The notes below the pieces were generated by a model. The model saw only the letters and a list, made by a program, of their open reading frames with translations. It ran no database searches and was not told the origin of the DNA. Positions 8,973 to 19,279 of a stretch of DNA of 64,000 nucleotides are shown one piece after another (position 1 is the first letter of the stretch; every line of letters starts with the position of its first letter). The translations under genes and the position numbers were made by a program. The stretch is from Desulfuromonadales bacterium (lineage in GTDB: Bacteria; Desulfobacterota; Desulfuromonadia; Desulfuromonadales; JAWOCM01), in the NCBI GenBank assembly GCA_046483795.1, contig JAWOCM010000040.1, forward strand, positions 1,803 through 65,802, read 5' to 3'.

Positions 8973-10592
8973 TTACAGACCGAGCTTCTTGAAAAAGTCG
9001 TTCCCCTTGTCGTCAACCAGAATGAATGCAGGGAAGTCCTCGACTTCGATCTTCCAGACCGCTTCCATGCCGAGTTCCGGGAAATCGATGCACTCGACCT
9101 TCTTGATGTTTTCCTCTGCCAGTACGGCGGCCGGACCGCCGATGGAGCCGAGGTAGAAGCCGCCATGCTTCTGGCAGGCGTCGGTGACCTGCTGGCTGCG
9201 GTTGCCCTTGGCGATCATGACCATGGAGCCGCCGTGGCTCTGTAGCAGGTCGACGTAGCTGTCCATGCGCCCGGCGGTGGTGGGGCCGAAGGAACCCGAG
9301 GGCTTTCCGGGCGGAGTCTTGGCCGGACCGGCATAGTAGATCGGATGGTTCTTGAGATACTCGGGCAGTTCTTTGCCGCTGTCGATGATCTCCTTGAACT
9401 TGGAGTGGGCGATGTCCCGTCCGACGACGATGGTGCCTTTGAGCATCAGAGGTGAGCCGACTTCAAGCTTGGACAGGTCGGAGAGGATCTCCTCCATCGG
9501 CCTGTCGAGATCGATGGGGGTTCCGTGGCTGTGCTTGCCGCGATACTTCTCGGGAATCAGGCGGCCCGGGTTGCGGTCCATTTCTTCGACGAAGAGGCCG
9601 TCGCGTGTGATCTTCGCCTTTATGTTGCGGTCCGCGGAACAGGATACGGCCATTCCGACGGGGCAGGAGGCGCCGTGGCGGGGAAGGCGGATGACGCGCA
9701 CGTCGTGGGCGAAGTACTTTCCTCCGAACTGGGCTCCGATGCCGAGGTCCTGGGCGGCCTTGAGCAGCTTCTCTTCAAGCTCCACGTCGCGGAAGGCGCG
9801 GCCGTGCTCGTTGCCCTCGGTGGGCAGACCGTCCAGCTCCTTTGCGGTGGCCAGCTTGACCGTCTTCATGCACGCGTCCGCCGATGTGCCGCCGATGACG
9901 AAAGCGATGTGGTAAGGGGGACAGGCTGCCGTGCCGAGGGTCTTCATTTTCTCGACCAGGAAGTTTTCCAGCTTCTCGGGGTTGAGCAGCGCCTTGGTCT
10001 CCTGGAAGAGCATCGTCTTGTTGGCGCTGCCGCCGCCCTTGGCCATGAAAAGCAGCTTGTAGGCGTCGTTGTCGGTCGCCATGATATCGATCTGTGCGGG
10101 CAGGTTGGTGCCGGTGTTCTTTTCAGTGTACATGTCGAGGGCGACCGTCTGGCTGTAACGAAGATTCTCCTCGGTGTAAGTCTTGTATATCCCCTTGGAG
10201 ATGAGTTCTTCGTCTTTGGCTCCGGTCCAGACCTGCTGGCCTTTTTTAGCGATGACCGTTGCTGTGCCGGTGTCCTGGCAGAGCGGCAGTTCGAAATCCG
10301 CGGAGATCTCGGCGTTGCGCAGGAAGGCCATGGCCACACCTTTGTCGTTCATGGACGCATCGGGGTCTTGAAGGATGCGGGCGACCTGCTCGTTGTGGTC
10401 GGGGCGCAACAGAAAAGAGACGTCCCTCATCGCCTCGTTGGCGAGTTCAGTCAACGCTTCCGGATCGATCTTGACGACGTCCTTGCCGTCAAAGGCTTCC
10501 GTGCTGACGTATTTCTCCGACCCTTCGATCTTCCGGTACTCGGTTTCATCCTTGCCGATAGGGAAGGGGTCCTGATACACGAATTCAGGCAT
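8973..10592 (-). CDS. Class I (Fe-S) fumarate hydratase
   Basis: [31 protein letters not shown] motifs; 539 aa FumA/FumB-type. Confidence 0.97.
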   Translation of the reverse strand: MPEFVYQDPFPIGKDETEYRKIEGSEKYVSTEAFDGKDVVKIDPEALTELANEAMRDVSFLLRPDHNEQVARILQDPDASMNDKGVAMAFLRNAEISADFELPLCQDTGTATVIAKKGQQVWTGAKDEELISKGIYKTYTEENLRYSQTVALDMYTEKNTGTNLPAQIDIMATDNDAYKLLFMAKGGGSANKTMLFQETKALLNPEKLENFLVEKMKTLGTAACPPYHIAFVIGGTSADACMKTVKLATAKELDGLPTEGNEHGRAFRDVELEEKLLKAAQDLGIGAQFGGKYFAHDVRVIRLPRHGASCPVGMAVSCSADRNIKAKITRDGLFVEEMDRNPGRLIPEKYRGKHSHGTPIDLDRPMEEILSDLSKLEVGSPLMLKGTIVVGRDIAHSKFKEIIDSGKELPEYLKNHPIYYAGPAKTPPGKPSGSFGPTTAGRMDSYVDLLQSHGGSMVMIAKGNRSQQVTDACQKHGGFYLGSIGGPAAVLAEENIKKVECIDFPELGMEAVWKIEVEDFPAFILVDDKGNDFFKKLGL

Positions 10593-10674
10593 GGCAGTCT
10601 CTCCTTTGAATAGATGATGATACAGAGGCGGGTTGAAAAACCCGATTCCAGTACTTTGAATTCAATCGGCAGAC

Positions 10675-10720
10675 ATTATACTGTTTTTGTATACACTTGT
10701 CGATACAGAGAATGTGTATA
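10675..10720 (-). promoter_or_regulatory. Fumarase promoter overlapped by TGTATACA-type operator half-sites
   Basis: TCGACA(10703-10698)-17-TATAAT(10680-10675) on minus; TGTATACA at 10688-10695; TATACAC-N17-GTGTATA at 10690-10720. Confidence 0.55.
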
Positions 10721-10779
10721 ATTAAATTCAGAGGTTGAAAGACAATGAGTTTTCGGAAATCAACTGCACAGGAGGTTTT

Positions 10780-12039
10780 ATGAGCAATGGTCGGGAAAGA
10801 GTGGCCATCATCGGAGGCATGAGGACGCCTTTTGTCAAATCGGGAACGGCTCTCTCCGACTTGACGCAACTGGACCTCTCGGCCCACGCGGTTGCGGGGC
10901 TGCTGGAAAAATATCGGCTGGATGCGGGGAAAATCGACCTGCTCGTCTGGGGCCGGGTGCTTCACGATCCGCGTATTTCGAATCTGGCCCGTGAAATCGT
11001 CTTCCGGCTCGGACTGCCGGAAAGCATACATGCCTACCTCGTTTCCAATAACTGCATTACCAGCATTCATTCCATCGTCGAGGTGGCCGACGCCATCAGC
11101 GCCGGCCGGGCGCATACAGGTATCGGTGGCGGCGTCGAGTCGATGTCGACGGTGCCGGTTCTTTTCAGCCGCGAGGCCTCCCGGATCTTTCTTCAGGCCG
11201 GAATGGCGAAATCGACCGGCGACCGGCTCAAGACGCTGCTTAAGCTTCGACCGCATCACTTCAAGCCTTCCCCCCTGTCTTTCAAGGAGCCGTCCACCGG
11301 CCTGACTATGGGCGAGCACGCGGAACTGACCGCCAGGGAATGGCAGATCGGACGCGAGGAACAGGATGAAATCGCTCTGCGCAGTCACCAGCGGGCGGCG
11401 GCCGCCACGAAGGACGGCCGCCTTCTCGAGCAGATATCTCCGCTCGAAGGCGTGGAGCGCGATACGATCGTGCGATCCGATACCAGCCTGGAGCGTCTGG
11501 CAAAACTCAAGCCCGTTTTCGACCGTTCGGAAAAGGGGACCATCACCGCCGGCAATGCCAGCCCCTTGACCGACGGCGCGTCCGGGACCCTCGTCATGAG
11601 CGAGGGCCGGGCCCGGGAAGAGGGATTCGAGCCTCTGGCCTATATCAAGGCTGTTGAATTCGCCGCCATCGATCCGAAAGACGGACTGCTCATGGCGCCG
11701 GCCCTCGCCGTGCCGCGGCTGCTGGAGAAGACGGGACTTTCTCTCGACGATATCGACCTCGTCGAGGTCCATGAGGCGTTTGGTGCCCAGGTCGCTTTCA
11801 ATCTCAAGGCGTGGGAGCAGGGGTGGAAGGAAAAGGCGATCGGTCGCGTCGATCCTGAAAAACTCAACACGCTCGGCAGTTCGGTATCCGTCGGTCACCC
11901 TTTCGGTGCCACCGGTTCTCGGATCGTCACGACTCTCGCCGGCGAGATGGCTCGCCGCAAGGTTCGATACGGTCTGATCTCCGTCTGCGCTGCGGGCGCG
12001 ATGGCGGCTGCCATGATTCTCGAGCGCGATCAGGACTAG
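10780..12039 (+). CDS. Acetyl-CoA C-acyltransferase (FadI-like thiolase)
   Basis: RTPF, NNCITS (catalytic Cys), HEAF, GHPFGATG, SVCAAG; AGGAGG RBS. Confidence 0.92.
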   Translation: MSNGRERVAIIGGMRTPFVKSGTALSDLTQLDLSAHAVAGLLEKYRLDAGKIDLLVWGRVLHDPRISNLAREIVFRLGLPESIHAYLVSNNCITSIHSIVEVADAISAGRAHTGIGGGVESMSTVPVLFSREASRIFLQAGMAKSTGDRLKTLLKLRPHHFKPSPLSFKEPSTGLTMGEHAELTAREWQIGREEQDEIALRSHQRAAAATKDGRLLEQISPLEGVERDTIVRSDTSLERLAKLKPVFDRSEKGTITAGNASPLTDGASGTLVMSEGRAREEGFEPLAYIKAVEFAAIDPKDGLLMAPALAVPRLLEKTGLSLDDIDLVEVHEAFGAQVAFNLKAWEQGWKEKAIGRVDPEKLNTLGSSVSVGHPFGATGSRIVTTLAGEMARRKVRYGLISVCAAGAMAAAMILERDQD

Positions 12040-12064
12040 ACTTTTGCCGATAAAGTTTTTACTC

Positions 12065-12098
12065 TCGGGGCGCTGCCGATCGGCAGCGCCCTGATTTT
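12065..12098 (+). terminator. Terminator-like hairpin after the thiolase gene
   Basis: GGGCGCTGCCG-AT-CGGCAGCGCCC followed by TGATTTT. Confidence 0.55.
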
Positions 12099-12133
12099 AT
12101 TGGATGGTCACAAATAAACCGGAAAGCCTAACC

Positions 12134-13642
12134 ATGCAAAAGATGCTCAAAAATATTCTGACCTCGAAGGTGTACGAAGCGGCTGTCGAGACGCCGCTGG
12201 ACGAAGCGCCGATACTGTCGCAGCAGCTGGGCAACCGGGTCTTCCTCAAGCGCGAAGACCTGCAGCCGGTTTTTTCCTTCAAATTGCGCGGCGCCTATAA
12301 CCGCATCGCCCATCTCGACCAACGGGAGAAGGGGCGGGGCGTTATTGCCGCTTCCGCCGGGAATCATGCCCAGGGTGTGGCATTTGCCGCCAAGGCCCTG
12401 GGGATATCGGCACTGATCGTCATGCCGAAAACGACCCCGAAGATCAAGATCGAGGCAGTGCGGGCTTTCGGGGCTGAGGTCCGTCTGCACGGCGACAACT
12501 ACTCCGAGGCTGCAGAATTGTGTGAGAAACTGATCGCCGAGAGCGGCCAGACCTTCATCCATCCCTTCGACGACGAGCTGGTTATCGCTGGGCAGGGAAC
12601 CGTGGCAGACGAACTGCTCCGGCAGACCTCGGGCGAGATGGATGCCATCTTCGTTCCGATCGGAGGCGGTGGATTGATCGCCGGCATCGCGACGTTCATC
12701 AAGGCGTTGAGTCCGGCCACGAAAGTGATCGGTGTCGAGCCCGAGGAAAGCGCCGCCATGTTCCACTCCCTCCAGGCCGGTGAGCGCGTCCACCTCGAGC
12801 GCGTCGGCATCTTCGCAGACGGGGTTGCGGTTCGCCGGGTCGGCGCCCTGACCTTCGACCTCTGCCGACGCTATGTCGACGACATCCTGCTCGTATCCAA
12901 CGATGAAATCTGCAGTGCCATCAAGTCGGTATTCCAGTCCACCCGCTCCATAGTCGAGCCATCCGGTGCCCTGGCGCTGGCAGGACTCAAGAAGTATGTC
13001 CGAACCGGGGATGTCAGGGGACAGACCCTTATCGCTGTCAATTCCGGTGCCAACATGAATTTCGAGCGGCTGCGCTACATTGCCGAGCTCACCATGATCG
13101 GCGAGCGCCAGGAGGCGCTCTTTGCCATTACCATTTCCGAGGCGCCGGGCGCTCTTCGGCGTTTTTGCGACGAATTTCTGCTGGAACGCAATATCACCGA
13201 ATTCAACTACCGCCTCTCCAGCCGTAGCGAAGCGCATATTTACGTGGGTATCTCCCTTGCCGAAGAAGATGAGCGCTACTCTTTTGCCGGCCAGTTGAAA
13301 CTGGCCGGCTATGAAGTTGTCGACCTGACGGACAACGACCTTGCCAAGACCCATGTCCGCTACATGGTTGGAGGGCGCTCGCCCGAAGCCTCCGATGAGG
13401 TCCTGTACCGGTTCTGGTTCCCCGAGCGGCCGGGGGCACTTGGCGATTTCCTCTCGGAGATGGGGGCGAGCTGGAATATCTCGCTGTTCCATTATCGGAC
13501 GCAGGGAGGCGATTTCGGACGGGTTCTTGTCGGCCTGGAGATCCCGGAAAAGGAAAAACATCGAATTCCCGCCTTCCTGGAAGACCTCGGCTACGATTAT
13601 ATCGAGGAGACCGAAAACGCGGCCTACCGTCTTTTCCTCTGA
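12134..13642 (+). CDS. ilvA: Threonine ammonia-lyase, biosynthetic
   Basis: KREDLQPVFSFKLRGA, ASAGNHAQG, two C-terminal regulatory repeats (FPERPGAL). Confidence 0.97.
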   Translation: MQKMLKNILTSKVYEAAVETPLDEAPILSQQLGNRVFLKREDLQPVFSFKLRGAYNRIAHLDQREKGRGVIAASAGNHAQGVAFAAKALGISALIVMPKTTPKIKIEAVRAFGAEVRLHGDNYSEAAELCEKLIAESGQTFIHPFDDELVIAGQGTVADELLRQTSGEMDAIFVPIGGGGLIAGIATFIKALSPATKVIGVEPEESAAMFHSLQAGERVHLERVGIFADGVAVRRVGALTFDLCRRYVDDILLVSNDEICSAIKSVFQSTRSIVEPSGALALAGLKKYVRTGDVRGQTLIAVNSGANMNFERLRYIAELTMIGERQEALFAITISEAPGALRRFCDEFLLERNITEFNYRLSSRSEAHIYVGISLAEEDERYSFAGQLKLAGYEVVDLTDNDLAKTHVRYMVGGRSPEASDEVLYRFWFPERPGALGDFLSEMGASWNISLFHYRTQGGDFGRVLVGLEIPEKEKHRIPAFLEDLGYDYIEETENAAYRLFL

Positions 13643-13685
13643 CATTTGGCTTTCTGTTTCTTCAGGAATAAATTTTCCCGCCATA

Positions 13686-13710
13686 ATAATTGACAGGTTT
13701 TGTCAGGTAT
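13686..13710 (+). promoter_or_regulatory. IscR/Rrf2 type-1-like operator overlapping -35 (TTGACA)
   Basis: ATAATTGACAGGTTTTGTCAGGTAT, 25 bp ATA..GAC-N7-GTC..TAT layout, upstream of the cysE-iscR operon. Confidence 0.75.
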
Positions 13711-13764
13711 GTTAGTTGTTAAAAAAAACCGAGACAAAAACCCAAGTTGCAGGAGTTGTCCATC

Positions 13765-14454
13765 GTGTTTAATGCTCTCAAGGATGATATCAAGGCCGTA
13801 TTCGAACGTGACCCGGCAGTGCGCAGTGTTCTGGAAGTCGTTTTCTGCTATCCCGGCTTTCATGCCATGCTTTTCTACCGGCCGGCTCACGCCCTGTGGA
13901 ACCGGAAGCTCTATTTTCTCGGCCGCTTTCTTTCCCATCTGGGTCGTTTTTTCACCGGCATTGAAATTCATCCCGGCGCCAGAATCGGACGCGGTTTCTT
14001 CATAGACCACGGCATGGGCGTGGTGATCGGAGAGACGGCAGAGATCGGCAACAACTGCACGCTCTATCACCAGGTGACTCTCGGCGGGACGTCGTGGGCC
14101 AAGGAGAAGCGCCATCCGACCCTGGGCGACAACGTCATTATCGGTGCCGGCGCCAAGGTTCTCGGTCCTTTTACCCTGGGTGACAATTCCCAGGTGGGGT
14201 CCAACTCGGTCGTGGTCAAGGAAGTTCCCGCGGATTCGACCGTGGTCGGGGTTCCCGGACGTGTCGTCATCGACGGGGAAGAGAAAAAGGAGAGGGTCGA
14301 TCTCGAGCACGGCAAACTCCCCGATCCCGAAGCCAAGGCGATCAGCTGTCTTTTCGACCAGATCCGCTCCCTTGAGGGCAAGGTCGAAGAGCTGACCGGT
14401 GAACTGGCGAAGCTCAAGGAAACGCAGACCCGCTCTGACAAGGAGGCATCGTGA
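13765..14454 (+). CDS. cysE: Serine O-acetyltransferase
   Basis: [33 protein letters not shown]; GTG start after AGGAG. Confidence 0.96.
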   Translation: MFNALKDDIKAVFERDPAVRSVLEVVFCYPGFHAMLFYRPAHALWNRKLYFLGRFLSHLGRFFTGIEIHPGARIGRGFFIDHGMGVVIGETAEIGNNCTLYHQVTLGGTSWAKEKRHPTLGDNVIIGAGAKVLGPFTLGDNSQVGSNSVVVKEVPADSTVVGVPGRVVIDGEEKKERVDLEHGKLPDPEAKAISCLFDQIRSLEGKVEELTGELAKLKETQTRSDKEAS

Positions 14455-14458
14455 CGCC

Positions 14459-14893
14459 ATGAGACTTTCCACCAAGGCACAATATGCGGTCCGGGCCATG
14501 GTCAGTCTCAGTCTGAACTCCTCGGGCGAACCGATCTCTCTCAAGGAGATCGCCAGACGGGAAGAGTTGTCGCTGACCTACCTGGAGCAGCTTTTCGTCA
14601 AGCTGCGACGGGGCCATATCGTTCAGAGCGTTCGAGGGCCCGGCGGCGGTTATGTTCTGGCCCGGCCGGCCGGGGAGATCAGGGTCGACGAGATCATCGA
14701 CAGCGTCGAAGAGACACTCGTTCCCGTCTCTTGCATGGACGACGACGGCAGCTGCGCCTGCACCGACCAGTGCGTGACACACAGCGTCTGGCAGGGACTG
14801 GGAGAGAGAATTCGCAATTTTCTCTCCTCGATAACGCTTGAAGACCTGACCACTGAGGCGCGAGACAAATTATCCGACAGGCTTGCTCTGTAG
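14459..14893 (+). CDS. iscR: Rrf2-family Fe-S cluster regulator (IscR-type)
   Basis: MRLSTK, YLEQLF, RGPGGGY; Cys cluster CMDDDGSCACTDQCVTH. Confidence 0.88.
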   Translation: MRLSTKAQYAVRAMVSLSLNSSGEPISLKEIARREELSLTYLEQLFVKLRRGHIVQSVRGPGGGYVLARPAGEIRVDEIIDSVEETLVPVSCMDDDGSCACTDQCVTHSVWQGLGERIRNFLSSITLEDLTTEARDKLSDRLAL

Positions 14894-14934
14894 GGAGTCG
14901 GCCTGCAACCTATACCATCGGAGGACTTGAGACC

Positions 14935-16101
14935 GTGAAACAGATCTACATGGACAACAATGCGACCACGCCGGTGCGCTCCGAGGTGCTGGAGGCCATG
15001 CTTCCTTTTTTCAGGGAGAGTTTCGGCAATCCGTCCAGCGTTCACTGGGCCGGCCGAGCCGTCAGCGGCGCGGTGGAGGACGCACGCGGACAGGTCGCAA
15101 AGCTGATAAACTGCTCCCCGGCAGAGATTGTATTTACATCCTGCGGCAGCGAAGGCGACAACATGGCCCTCAAGGGGACTGTCGAGGCGCTGAAGGAGAA
15201 GGGGAACCACATCATTACCACTGCGGTTGAGCATCCGGCCGTGCTTGATACCTGCAAATTTCTCGAAAAGCAGGGGTGCGCCGTGACGTTCCTTCCCGTT
15301 GACGAAAACGGGACGCTCGACCCGGGGTTACTCGAAGCCGCGATTACGGACAAGACTATCCTGATTTCGGTCATGTGGGGCAACAACGAAACCGGCAGCA
15401 TTTATCCGATGGAAGAGATCGGGGCCATCGCCCGCAAGCACAAAATCCGGTTTCACACCGATGCCGTTCAAGCTGTGGGCAAGATCCCTGTCGACGTTCA
15501 GAAGGCCAATGTCGACCTGCTGGTACTCTCCGGCCATAAGATCGGGGCGCCGAAGGGGGTCGGTGCCATCTACGTGCGCAAGGGAACGCGGATGACGCCT
15601 CTGCTTCATGGCGGTCATCAGGAGCGGAATCGACGCGCCGGAACCCACAATGTCGCCGGTATCGTCGGTCTCGGCGTGGCTTGCGAAATCGCAGGAGAGC
15701 GCCTTGAAGTTGACCCGCCGCGCATCGAAAGACTGCGCGATCGTCTCGAGGAGGGTATTATTCAAACCATTCCCGAGATCAAGGTGAACGGCAAGACGAA
15801 GGAGCGCCTTCCCAATACGCTGAATGTCAGCTTTGCCTATATTGAAGGCGAATCGCTGCTGCTCAACCTCGACATGAAAGGTGTGGCCGCCTCGACCGGC
15901 TCCGCCTGCACATCAGGATCGCTCGAGCCGTCGCACGTCATGGGAGCCATGGGTGTCGAGGTGGCGCTGGCCCATTCGAGCACGCGGTTCAGTCTCGGAC
16001 CGGACAATACGGAAGAGGATGTTGACTACGTTCTCGAGATCATGCCCCCCATCATCGAGAGGCTCCGGGAGATGAGCCCCCTGTACAAGAAAAAGGGCTG
16101 A
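14935..16101 (+). CDS. iscS: Cysteine desulfurase (IscS/NifS)
   Basis: YMDNNATT, GNPSS, SGHK (PLP Lys), TGSACTSG. Confidence 0.93.
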   Translation: MKQIYMDNNATTPVRSEVLEAMLPFFRESFGNPSSVHWAGRAVSGAVEDARGQVAKLINCSPAEIVFTSCGSEGDNMALKGTVEALKEKGNHIITTAVEHPAVLDTCKFLEKQGCAVTFLPVDENGTLDPGLLEAAITDKTILISVMWGNNETGSIYPMEEIGAIARKHKIRFHTDAVQAVGKIPVDVQKANVDLLVLSGHKIGAPKGVGAIYVRKGTRMTPLLHGGHQERNRRAGTHNVAGIVGLGVACEIAGERLEVDPPRIERLRDRLEEGIIQTIPEIKVNGKTKERLPNTLNVSFAYIEGESLLLNLDMKGVAASTGSACTSGSLEPSHVMGAMGVEVALAHSSTRFSLGPDNTEEDVDYVLEIMPPIIERLREMSPLYKKKG

Positions 16102-16125
16102 TCGGCTCAAAGGTGAGCAGATCTT

Positions 16126-16227
16126 TTAACGCAATGACGCAAAGATATTTAAGAAAGACGCAAAGAGAAATATGGATACCGAAATGACTTTGCGCCTTGA
16201 TTCTTTTCCTTGGCGTCTTTGCGTTAA
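16126..16227. repeat. ~100-bp imperfect inverted repeat built from ACGCAAAG units
   Basis: TTAACGCAATGACGCAAAG (16126-16144) vs CTTGGCGTCTTTGCGTTAA (16209-16227); inner AAGACGCAAAG vs CTTTGCGCCTT. Confidence 0.8.
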
Positions 16228-16287
16228 TTGGGTTTTTTAAAGTTCTTAACATTGAAACTTAAAGTAAAATATTAAAAGGAGTCCATC

Positions 16288-16656
16288 ATGTATTCCGATA
16301 AAGTTATGGATCATTTCACAACACCCCGCAATGTCGGAGAGATTGAGGACGCCGATGGCGTGGGTGAAGTGGGCAACGCCTCGTGCGGTGATATCATGCA
16401 GATGTCCATTAAGGTCGAAGACGGCGTCATCAAGGATATCAAGTTCAAGACCTTCGGCTGCGGGGCGGCGATCGCGACCTCCTCGATGGTCACCGAGATG
16501 GCGATGGGGAAAAGTCTCGAGGAGGCGATGGAACTGACCAACCAGAGAGTGGCTGAAGCCCTTGAGGGGCTTCCCCCGGCCAAGATGCATTGCTCCAACC
16601 TGGCCGCCGATGCCCTGCACGAAGCGATCAGGAACTACAGGGAAAAACATCCGTAG
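16288..16656 (+). CDS. iscU: Fe-S cluster scaffold (IscU/NifU N-terminal type)
   Basis: YSDKVMDHF, SCGD, FGCGAAIA, LPPAKMHCS. Confidence 0.93.
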   Translation: MYSDKVMDHFTTPRNVGEIEDADGVGEVGNASCGDIMQMSIKVEDGVIKDIKFKTFGCGAAIATSSMVTEMAMGKSLEEAMELTNQRVAEALEGLPPAKMHCSNLAADALHEAIRNYREKHP

Positions 16657-16771
16657 GGGCGCACCCGTGTGTGCGCCCTTTTGGGCTTTTGGGCAGACAC
16701 AGAGGGCTGCCCCTACAGGATCAGACAAAATATACAAACACAAGTAGGGGCGCAGCATGCTGCGCCCCTAC
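16653..16771. repeat. Three GTAG-family REP palindromes (one inverted pair plus a perfect 28-bp palindrome)
   Basis: GTAGGGGCGCACCCGTGTGTGCGCCCT (16653-16679); GGGCAGACACAGAGGGCTGCCCCTAC (16691-16716); GTAGGGGCGCAGCATGCTGCGCCCCTAC (16744-16771). Confidence 0.85.
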
Positions 16772-16792
16772 GACTGTCTGGTGCAGAAATAT

Positions 16793-17878
16793 ATGGGTAA
16801 AACAAAAAAACGCATAGTCGTGGCCATGAGCGGCGGCGTCGATTCTTCGGTGACCGCCGCGCTTCTCAAGGAGAAGGGCCACGAGGTGATCGGCATGACA
16901 ATGCAGATCTGGGACTATACCAGTTGGGCGGAAGACAATCCCGAATCATGCGGAACCTGCTGTTCTCCTGACGATGTCCACGACGCCCGCCGCGTTGCCG
17001 AACAGCTCGGGATCCCTTTCTATGTCGTCAATTTCGAAAAAGAATTTAAGCAGGACGTGATCGACTATTTCTGCAGCGAGTATTTCGCCGGTCGCACCCC
17101 CAATCCCTGCGTGCTGTGTAACCAGGTGCTCAAATTCGAACTGCTGCTGCGCCGCAGCCGGGAGATAGAGGCCGATTTCCTTGCCACCGGCCACTATGCC
17201 CGCCTCGAAGAGAAGAGTGAGATGGCCCCGGTTCTGCGCAAGGGAGTCGACGAAAGCAAGGACCAGAGTTACTTCCTTTTCACCATGACCGGGGAGCAGC
17301 GGGAGCGGGTTCTTTTCCCTCTGGGCGGGATGAGCAAGGACGAAGTGCGCGACCATGCAGAACGCTTCGGTTTGTCCGTGGCGGAGAAGGCCGAGAGCCA
17401 GGATATCTGCTTCATCCCCGACGGCGACTACGTGCGTTTTCTGGAAGAGGCGGGCGGTGCCGGCTGCATGGACGGGCAGATCGTTCACCGTTCAGGCAAG
17501 GTTCTTGGGCATCACCGGGGGACCTACCGCTATACCATCGGACAGCGCCGCGGTCTCGGTCTGAGCTGGCCGGAGCCCCTTTACGTCATCGGCATCGACG
17601 CCGAAACCCGAACTGTGGTGGTTGGTGAGAAGAGATACCTCGACGTCGATTCCTTCACTGTGCACCGGGTCAACTGGATGATCGATCCTCCCTCGCAACC
17701 CCTGTCCACGGCCTGCCGCATTCGCTACCGCCATCACGAAGTGCCGGCGACCGTCTCGCCCCTGCCGGACGGACGATGCGAAGTCCGGCTCGAGGAAGCC
17801 CAACAGGGCGTGACGCCGGGGCAGGCGGCGGTCTTCTACGACGGCGACCGGGTCATCGGCGGGGGATGGATCGAATGA
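16793..17878 (+). CDS. mnmA: tRNA 2-thiouridylase
   Basis: [43 protein letters not shown]. Confidence 0.97.
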   Translation: MGKTKKRIVVAMSGGVDSSVTAALLKEKGHEVIGMTMQIWDYTSWAEDNPESCGTCCSPDDVHDARRVAEQLGIPFYVVNFEKEFKQDVIDYFCSEYFAGRTPNPCVLCNQVLKFELLLRRSREIEADFLATGHYARLEEKSEMAPVLRKGVDESKDQSYFLFTMTGEQRERVLFPLGGMSKDEVRDHAERFGLSVAEKAESQDICFIPDGDYVRFLEEAGGAGCMDGQIVHRSGKVLGHHRGTYRYTIGQRRGLGLSWPEPLYVIGIDAETRTVVVGEKRYLDVDSFTVHRVNWMIDPPSQPLSTACRIRYRHHEVPATVSPLPDGRCEVRLEEAQQGVTPGQAAVFYDGDRVIGGGWIE

Positions 17879-19209
17879 AAATCTCGACCCTCAAACCTCG
17901 AACCTTTAGCCACAAGTGCACCGCGGCCGTCGTCACGCTGGGCTGCAAGACGAACCAGTATGAATCGGCGGCGATGGAAGAGCGGTTGCGCGGCGCGGGG
18001 TACGACCTGGTCGACTTCGAATCCGGTGCAGAATTGGTTGTCGTCAACACCTGCACGGTGACATCCGCCACCGACAGCCAGTCGCGCAACCTGATCCGGC
18101 GCGCCCGCCGCTTCAATGCTCGCGCCAGGGTCGTGGTGACCGGCTGTTACGCCCAGATCGATCCGGATGCCCTGAGAGCCATCTCCGGCGTCTCCGTTGT
18201 TCTTGGGAATGATGAGAAGAAGGATTTTCTCCAGGCGCTCGAGATTTCCGGAGAAGGAACGCAGGTTCGAGTCTCCGATATCCGTCAGGCCGAAAAAGCC
18301 GTCCCTTTGACGCTGTCCACTTTCACCGAGCGCAGCCGGGCCTTTCTCCAGATCCAGAACGGATGCGATGCCTTCTGTTCCTACTGCATCATCCCCTACG
18401 CTCGCGGCCGCAGCCGCTCGGTTCTGCCCGGGGACGTCATCTCCCAGACCCGTGCCCTTGTCGAGCAGGGATTCCCGGAAGTGGTTCTGACCGGTATCCA
18501 CATCGGCGGTTACGGCAGGGATCTCGAACAGCCCCTCGATCTGGCGACCCTCACTCGCAGGCTTGTAGAGGAATCCGGTGTGACGCGCCTGCGCCTCGGC
18601 TCGGTCGAGCCTACCGAGATCACGGAAGATCTCATCGATACCGTCGCCGCATCAGCGCCTGTCTGTCCCCATGTCCACATCCCTTTGCAGAGCGGAAGCG
18701 ATACGGTTCTCAAGGCGATGAACCGTCATTACGACACGGCATTCTTCCGCCGCTTGATCGAACGGATTCGAACCATCCTTCCCGACGCGGCGATCGGTAT
18801 CGACGTCATCGCCGGTTTCCCGGGTGAAACGTCCGAACTGTTCGAGGAAACCCGTTGTTTCATCGAAAGTCTTCCCTTTACGCACCTGCACGTATTCCCC
18901 TACAGTCGTCGTCCCGGCACCCCCGCCGCGCGGATGACCGGACAGGTCCCCGGCGACGTCGCTCGCGAACGGGCCGGCTATCTCAGGGATATCGGGCAGA
19001 AAAAGGAAGACGCTTTCTCCAGGCGATTTATCGGTCGGACCATGGACGTGGTCGTGGAAGGTGGTACGGAAAATGGCCCGCGCAAAGGGGTGACGGAAAA
19101 TTACCTTGTCGTGCATTTCCCAGCCGGTGACGAACATGTCCGTCAGGCGGTCGCCGTAAAAATAGAAGCCTTCTCCGAAGGCCGTCTTGTAGGCCGTCTG
19201 GCTGATTGA
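17875..19209 (+). CDS. mtaB: tRNA t6A37 methylthiotransferase (radical SAM)
   Basis: [27 protein letters not shown]-terminal TRAM; ATGA overlap with mnmA. Confidence 0.92.
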   Translation: MKISTLKPRTFSHKCTAAVVTLGCKTNQYESAAMEERLRGAGYDLVDFESGAELVVVNTCTVTSATDSQSRNLIRRARRFNARARVVVTGCYAQIDPDALRAISGVSVVLGNDEKKDFLQALEISGEGTQVRVSDIRQAEKAVPLTLSTFTERSRAFLQIQNGCDAFCSYCIIPYARGRSRSVLPGDVISQTRALVEQGFPEVVLTGIHIGGYGRDLEQPLDLATLTRRLVEESGVTRLRLGSVEPTEITEDLIDTVAASAPVCPHVHIPLQSGSDTVLKAMNRHYDTAFFRRLIERIRTILPDAAIGIDVIAGFPGETSELFEETRCFIESLPFTHLHVFPYSRRPGTPAARMTGQVPGDVARERAGYLRDIGQKKEDAFSRRFIGRTMDVVVEGGTENGPRKGVTENYLVVHFPAGDEHVRQAVAVKIEAFSEGRLVGRLAD

Positions 19210-19279
19210 CGGCCCTTGCCCCTCAGTTCGCAGCGGTTTTTTTCTGCAGAAAACTGATAACTTTGCGACATGGTGATGA

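Noticed and set aside
16126-16771. Repeats as a CRISPR array
   Set aside because: Inverted rather than regularly spaced direct repeats; no spacers and no cas genes.
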